Shown here: piece after piece, positions 32,043 to 43,125 of the stretch | How the letters are laid out: the number at the start of each line of letters is the position of its first letter | Numbering within the stretch: the first letter of the stretch is position 1 | DNA from: Asterionella formosa | Lineage: Eukaryota | Length of the DNA: 43,125 bases | Assembly: GCA_002256025.1 (NCBI GenBank) | Contig: NKIB01014463.1 | Location: 1-43,125 of the forward strand | Direction of reading: 5' to 3' | The notes under the pieces: model-generated | The model's input: only the letters and a program-made list of their open reading frames with translations | Database searches by the model: none | Told to the model about the DNA's origin: nothing | Position numbers and translations under genes: made by a program

Positions 32043-32880
32043 GGAAGGTCAATTAGTCTATCTAGCAGGAAGGCTAGCAGCAGAGAAGAGAGAAAGTAAG
32101 TGGCACTAGATATTACTAAGAGCACGTAAGAGTCTAAGTGAAGAGAGCGCGACCCAGCCTATGGGAAGGAGTATGGACCTTTTCAACAATGATACCGGTA
32201 GTATTACGGTAGACTGGACCAGCTACATTTAATGTACCCTGGTACCAGGTACCTGGTATACAATACATATCATAGTATCAACTATCAACCATCATTGACA
32301 GCAATTCCCGCTCCAGTTATCGTCTTGCCACTAGTTTTATGCTAACATTGCATTTCATAATGAAATTGTGTTGTTGCTGTTTGTTGTGGGCGGTTGTGTG
32401 TTGTGAAAACAGTCTTGTTCTTGATTTCGAAGATGTCATTGCTGTTGCGGCACTCAAAATGCCTTGTTTTGGTTCTTGGCTGGCAGTGAGATCATCCGGT
32501 ATCATTTTCACTTCATTGCTTGCGTGCTTGTTGTGGGCGCTTGTTGTCACTTGTGTGTACTGAAAAAAGTCCTTTTTTTTTTGTTTGATATTGATATTGT
32601 AGATGTTGTTAGTTGCTGTTGTGGCGCTTGTGATAGCATTTGATGCTTTAGTGCTGGGTGACATTTCCATTGTGGCAATGGTTGGTTGTTGGATGAAGAA
32701 GGTTCTTTCAACCCATTGATTTTCGTTTTCACTTGCTGCATTCAAAAAAAGACAAGAACTCTTCGATTTATTTCTGTGAAGCAACCACTGGTAGCACTCA
32801 TCATGGTACAACATTGTTTGCATACTCTGAAAAAAATTATTATTCTTACTTCGCAATGTTCAACGGCACTTCTTCATCTT

Positions 32881-32967
32881 TCAGCCAACCTTGGCCACAT
32901 TTCAGAATTTAAGCTCGCCGTATATGTATTAGTAGCTTGAGTTTAAAATATGGCCAGGATTGGCTGA
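32881..32967. repeat. 87-bp inverted repeat / hairpin
   Basis: TCAGCCAACCTTGGCCACATTT pairs with AAATATGGCCAGGATTGGCTGA (19/22 Watson-Crick), and there is an inner arm TTTAAGCT/AGCTTGAG. Confidence 0.75.
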
Positions 32968-34526
32968 CAAATGAAAGAAATCGTTTTCCTTCGACCCCTC
33001 ATTTCCTTTCACTTGTTTGATTGCAGCAACAAAACGAAATTAATTTAGCTGTAAACAATGCGAAGAAGTGAGAATTCTTTTTACCGCCAAAATTAGGCAT
33101 GCTAATGGAAAAATTACCCCTCAGTAGCCAACCGCCCAATTTTGAGTTTCTGAAAATTGACATGCTGGTATCCGTTCCTACTAGTGGTTGCGGTTTGTGC
33201 AAGTCAGACCTCATATCTTAAGTGGCTACCAGTTACAGTCATTATTATGAAAGTTAGTACATCCAGTGGATTGTTTCGAAAATGTCTTGTCACATGCTGG
33301 GGTCAATATTTTGTTCTTAACTAATTTCTTTTTAATGTTTTGTTAGCATATGTGCAAACCACCTTTATACTAATTCAGCCATTGGCATCAGTCACACTCT
33401 TGCCTGATAGGCCATTTGGATGCGTCAGAAACACCAGCCAACTCGTAAATTTCATTACTGCATCCTCATCAGCCAGCATCTAGCAACAAAAACAAAAATC
33501 GTAGCCTCATGTTATCCCAATATGCCTACTTACTCCATCCAATCTTCTGGTAGAGTTTTGATACTATACAGCATCTGTTTGCAGGATAGTGCTTTGGTGG
33601 AGGCCTGCTTGTCAGAAAAGCAAAGATTGTGGAGGAGAAGGTAAGCCCATCATTGTGGCTGGTGTCAGAGTTATCATTTTTCCCAGTGCTTTCATTGTTG
33701 ATTGTCAACTGTCATTGCTGGAATGTCCTCTAATGATATGCATGGCTGTCTTCTTTTGTCTTTTAATCAATGCATCTACTGCTCCTTGATTCACAACAGT
33801 AGCTGTATTGTTTGTTATCATTAGCAAAAGCAACCATTATGGACTTATCAATTTGTTGCAACAAACCAGCACACAAGTCACCATGATGGTACCACCAACT
33901 TTGGTGGTTCCCCCATGAAAGGAGGGGGGGGGGTTGTTAACAGTTACAGTTGAACCATTCGACTATGGAGAAAAGTGAAGAAACGAAAGAAAAAATTCCC
34001 TTAATAACCAGTGGCCTACATGACGGTCCCGTGGATGAAATACCGGAGCAAAATTTTCCGTCCGTCATGAGGACTGCTCCATGTGGTGTCTGTTTCCAAT
34101 CATCCTCAGCTGCAATCCTCGTCACGAAGATCTCAATCCCCTTTTAATCATGATAGTCAATGAACATCAGGCACTTGCCTCAACTGGACGCACAGTATGT
34201 AGCAGGAGTAGGAAATTGTTTTTTAGAGAGTACTAAAGTACCGCATTATGAATATTAGCTAATAATAATCATACCGATAGAATTATCATTCATGGACATT
34301 TTTATCCCACACGCACTTTTTCTTAAATTGCATTGTTGATCTCCATCCTCCTCCTCCTTGTGTTGTCGTGATCATTGTAATAGTCTTTTGCATTTTTGAT
34401 TCATAATCTGTACGTTTTGCATCAAGCGAACGAACGATTATACAGATAGAGCGGCAGGAGGGCGATTTCGCAGTCGGCACGTGTCTTGACAAGAAGCATA
34501 TCATTGGTATCATCGGTATCAATTCT

Positions 34527-34573
34527 GAATCCAAATCTGAATCGGTATCAGAATCCAAATCTGAATCAGTATA
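34527..34573. repeat. 24-bp tandem duplication (GAATCCAAATCTGAATC(G/A)GTAT..)
   Basis: Two near-identical adjacent copies upstream of the 34647 ORF. Confidence 0.85.
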
Positions 34574-34646
34574 CCGGTAGACCACAGCAAACATCGTTTC
34601 GCCATTTGTGACTGTATAAAGACTTATTATTTATACGAAACATAGT

Positions 34647-35435
34647 ATGAAAACGAGAACCAAGGGAACACTCGAGGAACGAATCGAGAAAGTTCGATCT
34701 GATTTGGAAGACGTGAAAGAAAAGCGAAAGGTTGCGCAATATAATTGGGCAGAAGCAGAAGCGGCCCATTTGCAAACGATACACCAACTGCACAATCAAT
34801 GGTTGATATGCAAGGGTCGGGTCAACATCCAACTGTACACCAAGGTCATGGAACGGGAGTTCGGGAGCAGGCATCTTATTCCGCAAAAGGTTGTCACGCA
34901 GCAAGCACACTTGTGTCGATCCTTGCATCACATGGAAGTTCACGAAATAGCACTTGCATTAGTGGACGAGCAGAACAAGGAATTGGTCAAAATGATGAAG
35001 AAACAAATTTTGGCGATTCAAGAGGAAGAATCAAATGTTGAGATGGAACTGATGAATCAACTATGTAAGGTGGATGCCATTGTCAAGACGATGCAAGCTG
35101 CGTTGGGCATTGTACCTGATCCCGATGATGATTGGCTAGTGTCTCTCTCTCGGTCCACCATGAGTCGACGTAGCAGCACTTCCTCTCAAGCTTCGCCCCA
35201 TCAAGGGATGATACAAGCGTTCAAAGGGTTCTGGTCATTTAGAACAAGGTCATTATCATCATCGTCATCATCTGGAAAGGACAGCAAGGCCGTTGCTCAC
35301 ATCTTGGAAGAAGAACAGACACCAGGAGAACCCACAACACCACTGACAACAGTGGAGGACGACAGAGATTCTTTGACTACCAGAGTGAGCAATCGACGCA
35401 GAGAATCATTGGCCATGATTACCGGTACACAATAA
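34647..35435 (+). CDS. Hypothetical coiled-coil protein, 262 aa
   Basis: ATG-initiated ORF with heptad-like E/K/Q/L-rich helices and a Ser-rich C-terminus. No family recognised. Confidence 0.75.
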   Translation: MKTRTKGTLEERIEKVRSDLEDVKEKRKVAQYNWAEAEAAHLQTIHQLHNQWLICKGRVNIQLYTKVMEREFGSRHLIPQKVVTQQAHLCRSLHHMEVHEIALALVDEQNKELVKMMKKQILAIQEEESNVEMELMNQLCKVDAIVKTMQAALGIVPDPDDDWLVSLSRSTMSRRSSTSSQASPHQGMIQAFKGFWSFRTRSLSSSSSSGKDSKAVAHILEEEQTPGEPTTPLTTVEDDRDSLTTRVSNRRRESLAMITGTQ

Positions 35436-35712
35436 AGGGAGCGATCATTTCCTAGACATTATGGCACATATATATACATATAATATTTATCTACATATTT
35501 CATAAATACCTGTATTAAGCATGATGCTAAGCAACAGCTATTCGACCTATGATATGATGGTGGTCACGGTCTACAAAACAGAACGGCATTTACGATGAAT
35601 AGCGGTCACGGTGTCGCAAAACTACCGTTATAGGCTATAGAGAGGGAAAAAAGAAAACAACACCTTGCGGTGTCACCACAGCATTCAAACTATAGTTATA
35701 GGTGAGTTAAAA

Positions 35713-37130
35713 TCAGATATCAAGGAGAAGACGATTAGGATCAGAAACCTTGTCAGCAATAGACTTGAGAAAAGTCACACCTTCACGTCCGTCAATAAGT
35801 CTATGATCGTAAGTCAAGGCCAAATACATCATGGGACGTGCAACAACTTCCCCTTTTGCATTAACCACGGCTCGCATTTTGGTCGCATGCATACCCAAAA
35901 TGGCGGACTGGGGAGGATTAATGATCGGGGTTCCCATCAATGATCCAAACACACCACCATTCGAGATGGTAAAAGTCCCTCCTGCCATGTCATCCAAGGA
36001 CAGCGACCCGTCCTTGGCTTTGGCACCGTACATGGCAATGTTGCGCTCGACATCAGCAAAAGACATGGCTTCCGTGTTCCGTAAGACTGGAACCACAAGT
36101 CCATTGGGACTGGCAACTGCAACACTAATATCGCAATACTCTCGGTACACCACTTCCATGGTTTCGTCATCAATATATGCATTGACTGATGGGATTTCTA
36201 GTAAGGCAGCAGTCGCTGCCTTGACAAATGCTGACATGAATCCCAACTTGACCCCATGTCGCTCCATAAAGGCATCCTTATACTTGTCTCGAGTTTCCAT
36301 GAGATTTCCCATGTCCACTTCTTGAAATGTCGTTAGCATGGCAGCAGTATTTTGTGCATCCTTGAGGCGGACTGCGACTCGTTGGCGCATGCGAGACATT
36401 TTAGTACGACGTTCGGTACGTTGTCCCAAAAAGGCTGGTGAACCAGTGGGTGTTGGTGGTGCTGATCTTCCGGCAGTCGGTGGTGCTTTGGGAGCCGCAG
36501 GAGGAAGTTTCGCCGCTGCAGCAGCAGCAGGCGATGGAGTAGCAACAGGTGAAGCCGCAACAGGTGAAGCCGCAACAGCAGCAGTCGCCACTGGTTCTGG
36601 CGCTTTAGCGGCAACGGCCTTGGTGGTTGGCGCACCTGCTCCATCTGGAGCTACCGCATCAGTATCCAAACGAAACAGGGCGGATCCGACAGCCACAATG
36701 TCATCAACTTCACCTAGAATCTCCACAACTTTTCCTCCTTCTGGCGCACGAACGTCCACGCTCACTTTATCGGTTTCCAACACCACTACAACGTCATCCG
36801 CGTGCACATAGTCGCCCGGGGCACACGGCAAGTCAACAATGACACCTTCAACAATCGAGTCTCCCATAGTTGGGACCTGTATCGGAAATAATAATTTCAT
36901 TGAAATTAATTCAATTTGTGAGCGACATTCAGGGGGGACTCCGCTGAAGATTGACTCCTTCGATTGGTCCGCAAGGACTGCAACAACAGATGGCACGAAG
37001 CACGCGCACGTACCTGAACGATCTTGATGGGCATCATCAAGGCAGGCCGTGGGGAGTAACATCTGGAGACGTAGCGAGCCGCTGGGGCACGACGCGTCGC
37101 AGCGGTAAGCAGACGAGCAAAAGTCGTCAT
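35713..37130 (-). CDS. DLST: Dihydrolipoamide succinyltransferase (2-oxoglutarate dehydrogenase E2), mitochondrial; exons 37130-37014 and 36876-35713, about 426 aa
   Basis: Arg-rich presequence [14 protein letters not shown], lipoyl motif ETDKV, Ala/Pro linker, [31 protein letters not shown] 137-bp GTACGT...ATACAG intron in phase 0. Confidence 0.96.
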
Positions 37131-37681
37131 TGTGGACGACGTTGTTTTTGTGTTTCCTTCAGGAAGAAGCAATCAAATGGTTCTCGCAGATGATTTTGTC
37201 GCAGCTATTTTTATATATAAAAATGATGAATATAAATATATTTATTCATGTATATATATATTAAAGATCAATAAGTGCAAATACTGTCTGTCATGCTGGT
37301 AGGCACAAATGCAACCTCCAGCAGATGTCAGCGCGCAGTTGAACGAATTATTTTTACTACCGTTGTGCTGATATTATGGAGTTACAGCAGAAGACGGTTC
37401 TTACAATGAGGGGAAAATATAGCTACATTTCTCGTTGACCGCAACTTACTTCAGATCCAACTGCATACCGGTAGTTACAGGGTAGACGTACATTCAGCGA
37501 AGGTACCGGTACCAGGTACCGGGTACTGTTTTGGGACGAAATGCCGTACGAACTCCTTTTCCTACGTATATCAATACCAGTGTATATGAAATGTGTTTTG
37601 ATATATATTAAAACATACCGGTAGAAATAAAGAATATATGTTTGTGGCCACTTTTTCCTCACAAAGAAGCACAAGCAGAAT

Positions 37682-40600
37682 TTACTGATGTGCGCCCTCA
37701 TCAGTCGAAGTAATCTCTACTAAAAGGTCGCCTCCATCTACTTGATCCCCAGCAGTCACTACAACCCGTTCCACTTTCCCAGACACTGGAGAACTCACAA
37801 AAGTCTCCATCTTCATGGCAGAGAGCGACAACAAGTGATCGCCTCGCTTAACGATATCGCCCTTGCTCACCTTCGTTTCCAACACTACTCCAGGCATGGG
37901 TGCACCGACACTTCCGTCGACTCCATCCAATGCCTTGGCACGTTTCACAGTCGCGGTACCGACAGTCCTATCAGTCACGTGAACCGTGCGAGGACTACCA
38001 TTCAACTCAAACTGCACCGACACCATTCCATCCTTGTCAGCGGCACTCACACCAGTCAACTTCACCATCAGCTGCTTCCCAGGTTCCAACGTCACAGACA
38101 ACTCCTGGCCAATCTTCATACCGGTTAAAAACGTCCGGGTATCCAAATAACTCAATCGGCCAAATTCAGACTTGTGCTCCATGAAATCATCAAACACCGA
38201 GGGATACATGGCGTGGGACATGACATCGACATCACGAATGTCCAGATTGCCTTTTTTACGCCCAGACTCGGGACCCCACTTTTCCTTCAGCTTGGTGCGA
38301 GCTGAGGCTAAATCCATTGGAGCCATATCAGCACCGGGGCGACCTTCAAACGAGACAAGTCCATCGGTTCCCTTGATTGTCTTTCCTTTCAGCACTCGAC
38401 TTCGGAAGGGTTCAGGAAATCCATAAGGAGGGATTCCAAGGCAGCCTTGGAAGTACTCAACCACAGATTGAGGGAAGTTTAGAGTCTCGGCCTTTTCGAC
38501 GATTTCTTCTTCGGTCAGTTTATTTGACACAATGAATTGGGCCAAATCACCTGTCACTTTGCTGGACGGCGTCACCTTAATGATATCACCTAGTAATCGA
38601 TTGGCAGCCGCATAGGCAGTCTTGACCTGGGACCACTGCCCAGTTAAACCAAGTTGTGTTGACTGGAATAAGAGGTTGGTGTATTGTCCACCAGGCATTT
38701 CGTGAATGTAAACGTCGGCAGAGCCAGTCTTTTGACCAGACTCAAACGGGGCATACAAACCTCTGCATTCTTCCCAGTATTCATTGACAGTGGCAACTTC
38801 ACTCAAATCCAAACCAGTGTCAAGATTCGTCCCAGCGGTACTGGCAACAATTGCCCCCAACGATGGCTGAGAAGTAGTGCCAGACATGGCGTCCATGGCA
38901 GCATCAACGGCATCGGCTCCAGCATGACCAGCGGCTAACATACTAGCCACTCCAGTTCCAGCTGTGTCATGTGTATGGACATGAATAGGCAAGTCGGGAT
39001 GCGCCTCGCGCAAAGAGCTCACAAGTAATGTTGCAGCTGCTGGCTTGAGCAACCCAGCCATATCTTTAATGGCAAGCACATGAATACCCGCATCAACCAA
39101 CTTCTGAGAAAACTTCAAATAGTATTCCAGGTCGTACATGCCACGCTTAGGATTGCAGACATCACCAGTGTAACAAATGGCTGCCTCAGCAATCCCGCCA
39201 GCTTGGCCAACAGCATCGATACCCAATCGCATATTTTCAATATAGTTGACCGAGTCAAAAATACGGAAAACATCCATGCCATGGTCCTTGGCCAATTGGC
39301 AAAACTCGTAGACCACGTTGTCAGGATACGAAGTGTAACCAACAGCGTTGGCTCCTCGAAGAAGCATCTGGAACGGAATATCAGGGACAGCTTCTCGAAG
39401 GTGTCCCAATCGATCCCATGGGCATTCACGTAAGAAACGCATAGCAACATCAAAGGTGGCCCCACCCCAACACTCAAGAGAGTAGGCATTTTGAAGTGCA
39501 ACTTTCGTAGCGGGAGCAATGTTGAGCATATCAATTTTACGAAGGCGGGTTGCCAAGAGCGATTGATGCGCATCGCGCCATGTCGTATCAGTTATGAGCA
39601 ACCCTTCATGCTTTCGAACAGCCTTGGCAAATGCCTCGGCGCCGTCATTGTCAAAGATTTCCTTTAGTGAACGTCCCGTCTTGGGACGTGTTTCAAGTGT
39701 TGGAATAAAAGGATCAACACTGCTTGGAGGCGGACCCGCAGCACCAAGCTCCTTGGGAGTTCCATTAACAATCACGTGTGCAATGTACGCCAAGAGCTTT
39801 TGGGCACGATCTTGCTCCTTGAGAGGAGCCAACAAGTACGGGTTGGCGGCAATAAATCCAGTATCAACTACACCATTCAAGAACTCTTCATTCTCCAAAA
39901 CATTCAACAAAAATGACTTGTTCGTTGATACACCTCGCACACGGAATTCCCTCAAGGCACGAACAAGTTTGGCGGCTGCGTCTCGACGATTGCGAGCCTT
40001 GGCCGTAATCTTGACCAATAAAGAATCGTAATGAGGCGAAATGCGGGCTCCTGGGAAACCTGGACCATCGTCCAATCGAATTCCCATCCCGGCAGGCATC
40101 CGAAATACGTCAATGGTTCCAGTGTCGGGACGAAAATCTTTGGATGGATCTTCCGTGGTGACACGACACTGCATGGCAAAGCTAGTTGGTTCGATAATTT
40201 GGTCTTGAGTAAGGCCAAGTTCTACAAGTGTCTTACCCGAGGCAATCATGATTTGCGACTAAATATAAGAAAAAGCGTGAGAGGGCAGTTGGGACGAACA
40301 TACATGCCTTCTTCAATGAATACATGTCATACCTGCACAACGTCCACTCCAGTAATCTCTTCAGTAATGGTATGTTCGACTTGAACTCTTGGATTGACTT
40401 CCATAAAGTAATGATCTCCGTGCTTGTCCACCAAAAATTCCACAGTTCCAGCATTTCGGTACTTGGCACCCGACAACATGCGAACAGCATCCGCGAAAAT
40501 GGCCTTACGTGTGTCCTCTCGCAACCCCACCGCGGGTGCTGTCTCAATCACCTTTTGGTGCCTTCGCTGCACGGAACAATCTCGGTCATACAAATGAACG

Positions 40601-42093
40601 ACATTACCAGTCCCATCTCCCAAACACTGAACTTCGATATGACGAGGGGCCTCGACATACTTTTCCACAAAGCAGCGGCCATCGCCAAAGGCATTGAGAG
40701 CTTCATTGGAGGCTTGGGTAAACATGGGTTCCAGCTCTTCTGCCGTCAAGACAACACGAATTCCACGTCCACCACCTCCCATGGCAGCCTTGACAATGAC
40801 AGGATAGTTACATCTGTTCACGGGGTTGTCAATGTAGTCTCGAGCATCTCTGACGGTAGCAAAGGCAGCGGCTGATCCAGGGACCACAGGCACATGATTT
40901 TGGATAGCCAGTTCTCGGGCTGTCGTCTTATCACCAAATGCTTGGAGATTGGCAACGGTGGGCCCAATAAAGGTGATGCCTTCAGCCTCCAGAGCAGCAG
41001 CAAAGGCTTGGTTTTCCGACAAGAACCCGTAGCCCGGGTGAACGGCTTGGACGCCATTGTCCTTGCAGATCTTGACTATAGTAGCAATGTCCAAGTATGC
41101 AGCCACAGGAGACTTATCGGTGGATAGTTGGAAGGCTTGGTCGGCCTTGTACCGGTGCTGGGCGAAGCGGTCTGTTGGTTGCCATGGTGTGGTTGCAAGT
41201 AAGTGAGGACCATGTCAAAGGGTGTAAGGGAATCATACCGACACGGAATGTTGGGTGATGAAATGGTGAGTGATGTGGTACAGAAAAACAGTACCAGACT
41301 GGACGTGGAAAAAACTAGCGCGTCATGAACCCATGCAGATCTTCCTCTGGTTGAAAACATCACGCGACAATAACGAAAAATTCAACAGAACGAGAGACAA
41401 ATGATGACAATGGCGCTCATGATATACATTGATGTTGACACCCCATTTGGAAACAATACAAAATGCGAAGGACCACGAAGAAATGGGGGATTCATAGCAG
41501 AACACCTTTTGTATGACAATCTGTCAATAGTGCAGAAACATACCGGTAATGCCTTTAACAAAAGTAAAGATATATATATAGATATTTTCCTTCAGAGTCG
41601 ATACGATGGAAATCAACAGCATCTATTGGACATGGCAGGCAAAACGAGATTTCGTGCACAAACGATGCGACAACGCACGAAGTGACGTTCTGAAAACAAG
41701 TCGAATCAAGTCATTGTAGGTGTATAAGACTCGTCGGCCTATGGGCCGAGTCTCTGGCGAATGTAGGAGGATGTGTTCTATCAAAAGTTACATACCTTCG
41801 TAGGAATAGATTCCAGCAGTCAAAGACCCAACTTCGGCTGCCGCTCGATTAATACGAGTAGCAATTTCTCCTCGATTGGCTGCCAAAATTTTGGTAAAGG
41901 GAGGTTGTCGGTAGGCCTTTCGAGCCACATTTCGGACTTCTGGAGGAGCCTCAACACTAGAAAGCGTCGATGTGGATCGAAGGATCTGATGGCTAGATGT
42001 TGTCAGATAGTAAGGCACGCCAGTCAATGTGGCAGTGGCATTAACTCGACGCAGAGCCGCCAAGCGTTGAATCCCAGTCACTCGTCGAAACAT
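37682..42093 (-). CDS. PYC: Pyruvate carboxylase, mitochondrial; exons 42093-41796, 41171-40333, 40258-37682, about 1237 aa
   Basis: Biotin carboxylase motifs [33 protein letters not shown]. Carboxyltransferase motifs [22 protein letters not shown]. Biotinylation motif AMKM. GT-AG introns of 624 and 74 bp keep the frame. Confidence 0.97.
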
Positions 42094-42430
42094 GACGGTG
42101 AAATCGGCTGATGGCTGATTAGATGTAAGGAAAGGATAGTAACAGACTTACTTTGAGACTGTCAGCGCCTTGTTTCCGATCCAGTTGAAATTCCAACCCA
42201 GGATCGGTTGTTCGCAATTTATTATGTTGCGCCGAAATCCAAACGTTTTGTGGAGGGAAGGATACGATTCGTCATCGCAAAGCGTAGCCCAATACCAATA
42301 TAAACAAGGCCGAAGTGTCAAGAAATGCAAAAGAATAGCTTTCACGGTTCTCATCCAAATATTCATCCAAGTGTCGTTTTTGGTATCCCTATAAAGTAAT
42401 GGCAAGCAGTGTGAATCAATAGGGATAATG

Positions 42431-42440
42431 ATGACGTCAT
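42431..42440. promoter_or_regulatory. Palindromic CRE/bZIP-type site ATGACGTCAT in the divergent PYC / COX7a-like promoter
   Basis: Perfect 10-bp palindrome 93 bp upstream of ATG 42533. Tandem CCAAT boxes at 42289-42299. Confidence 0.4.
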
Positions 42441-42532
42441 GAAGAACCAAAAGCTGGTATACAGGTGTATTGTTCGCAGTTCATTTCGCATTCGTTGCAA
42501 GACGGTAAACAGCAAAACAACAAAGAATCACG

Positions 42533-42930
42533 ATGATTGCTTCTCGCTTTGCGTCCCGGACCGCCATGGTCGTTCATCATCAACAAAAGCGTGGATTAAT
42601 TGATTGGATGGTCAAGTGGCCTGACAGGGTGAGAAGCGGACGAGAAATAGACGCGGACGAGATGGAGGATTCGCCGTTGTCACAATGGAGGGAATACGGA
42701 ATCTTTGTGTTCGAATCGCTAACTATTGCTTCTTTCTTTTTTAGGTGTTGGAATACAAAAAGATCCAACTCAAGGGTGGAGTCCTTCAAGGAGCATCCAA
42801 CCCCACTTGGTACAAGCAACAAGGTGACACGGCAGTGCTTGTATTTGGTGCTGCACTTGTTGGGTATGGAATGTTTCAAACTTGTGTAGGCTACTACCAC
42901 TTGGCAACTGGAAAAGGGAAAATTCAGTGA
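42533..42930 (+). CDS. Small mitochondrial single-TM protein, cytochrome c oxidase subunit VIIa-like; exons 42533-42628 and 42745-42930, 93 aa
   Basis: Presequence MIASRFASR...KR, then NPTWYKQQGD + TM + GYYHLATGKGK, resembling COX7a. A 116-bp GTGAGA...CTAAC...TTTTTAG intron in phase 0. Confidence 0.75.
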
Positions 42931-43125
42931 AGAGGCGACAATTACTGACTTTAGTGGACTAGCAATGTAGTTTTCTTAAGAAGCTTTTTCATTTTTTACA
43001 TACAGTGCTCCTCTATAGGTATGGTTGTTTGTAATTTCTTTGCATGGTGCTTATCAGTAAACAGTATTGCTTGACAAATGCAGGTGAAAGGCTCTTCTGA
43101 TAGCAAATGTAACCTGCCCTAGTTA

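Noticed and set aside
32317..32856. 179-aa ORF as a host gene
   Set aside because: TTG start, low complexity, internal repeats and CpG-poor context. More likely a decayed repeat.
33918..34166. Polypurine tract plus 3' LTR
   Set aside because: TG...CA ends can be drawn, but there is no matching second LTR, pol remnant or TSD.
35713..37062. Single-exon 449-aa ORF as the DLST model
   Set aside because: Its N-terminus reads through the intron. The spliced model gives a proper mitochondrial presequence.
41172..41795. snoRNA hosted in the unusually long 624-bp PYC intron
   Set aside because: The RTGATGA words are on the antisense strand. Only a short hairpin (about 41734-41749) was seen.

Overview
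Eukaryotic nuclear DNA, most likely from a diatom. This is inferred from diatom-type HSFs with the HxYHD...GGVxxPFP motif, short GT-AG introns, and secreted proteins with RxL motifs. About 18 protein genes are supported: two heat-shock transcription factors, a divergent DUF6824-like protein, a MYND zinc-finger protein, a glycosyltransferase-like type II membrane protein, a parvulin PPIase, a mucin-like/TM/PDZ membrane protein, two class II glutamine amidotransferase (DUG3/EgtC-like) paralogues flanking an EF-hand NADPH oxidase, a frameshifted thioredoxin-like gene, a putative GPI-anchored protein, a dirigent/AOC-like secreted protein, 3-ketodihydrosphingosine reductase, a coiled-coil protein, and a mitochondrial trio (DLST, pyruvate carboxylase, COX7a-like). 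The intergenic DNA holds decayed, CpG-depleted repeats, a tRNA-derived Pol III-like cassette between direct repeats, and small tandem repeats. Two signals stand out. (1) The palindromes TACCGGTA and TACCWGGTA each occur about 21 times, almost all in non-coding DNA, where fewer than one copy is expected by chance. (2) The NADPH oxidase sits between one amidotransferase with an intact catalytic Cys1 and one with Cys1 changed to Gly. All family calls come from motif recognition by eye; no database searches were run.
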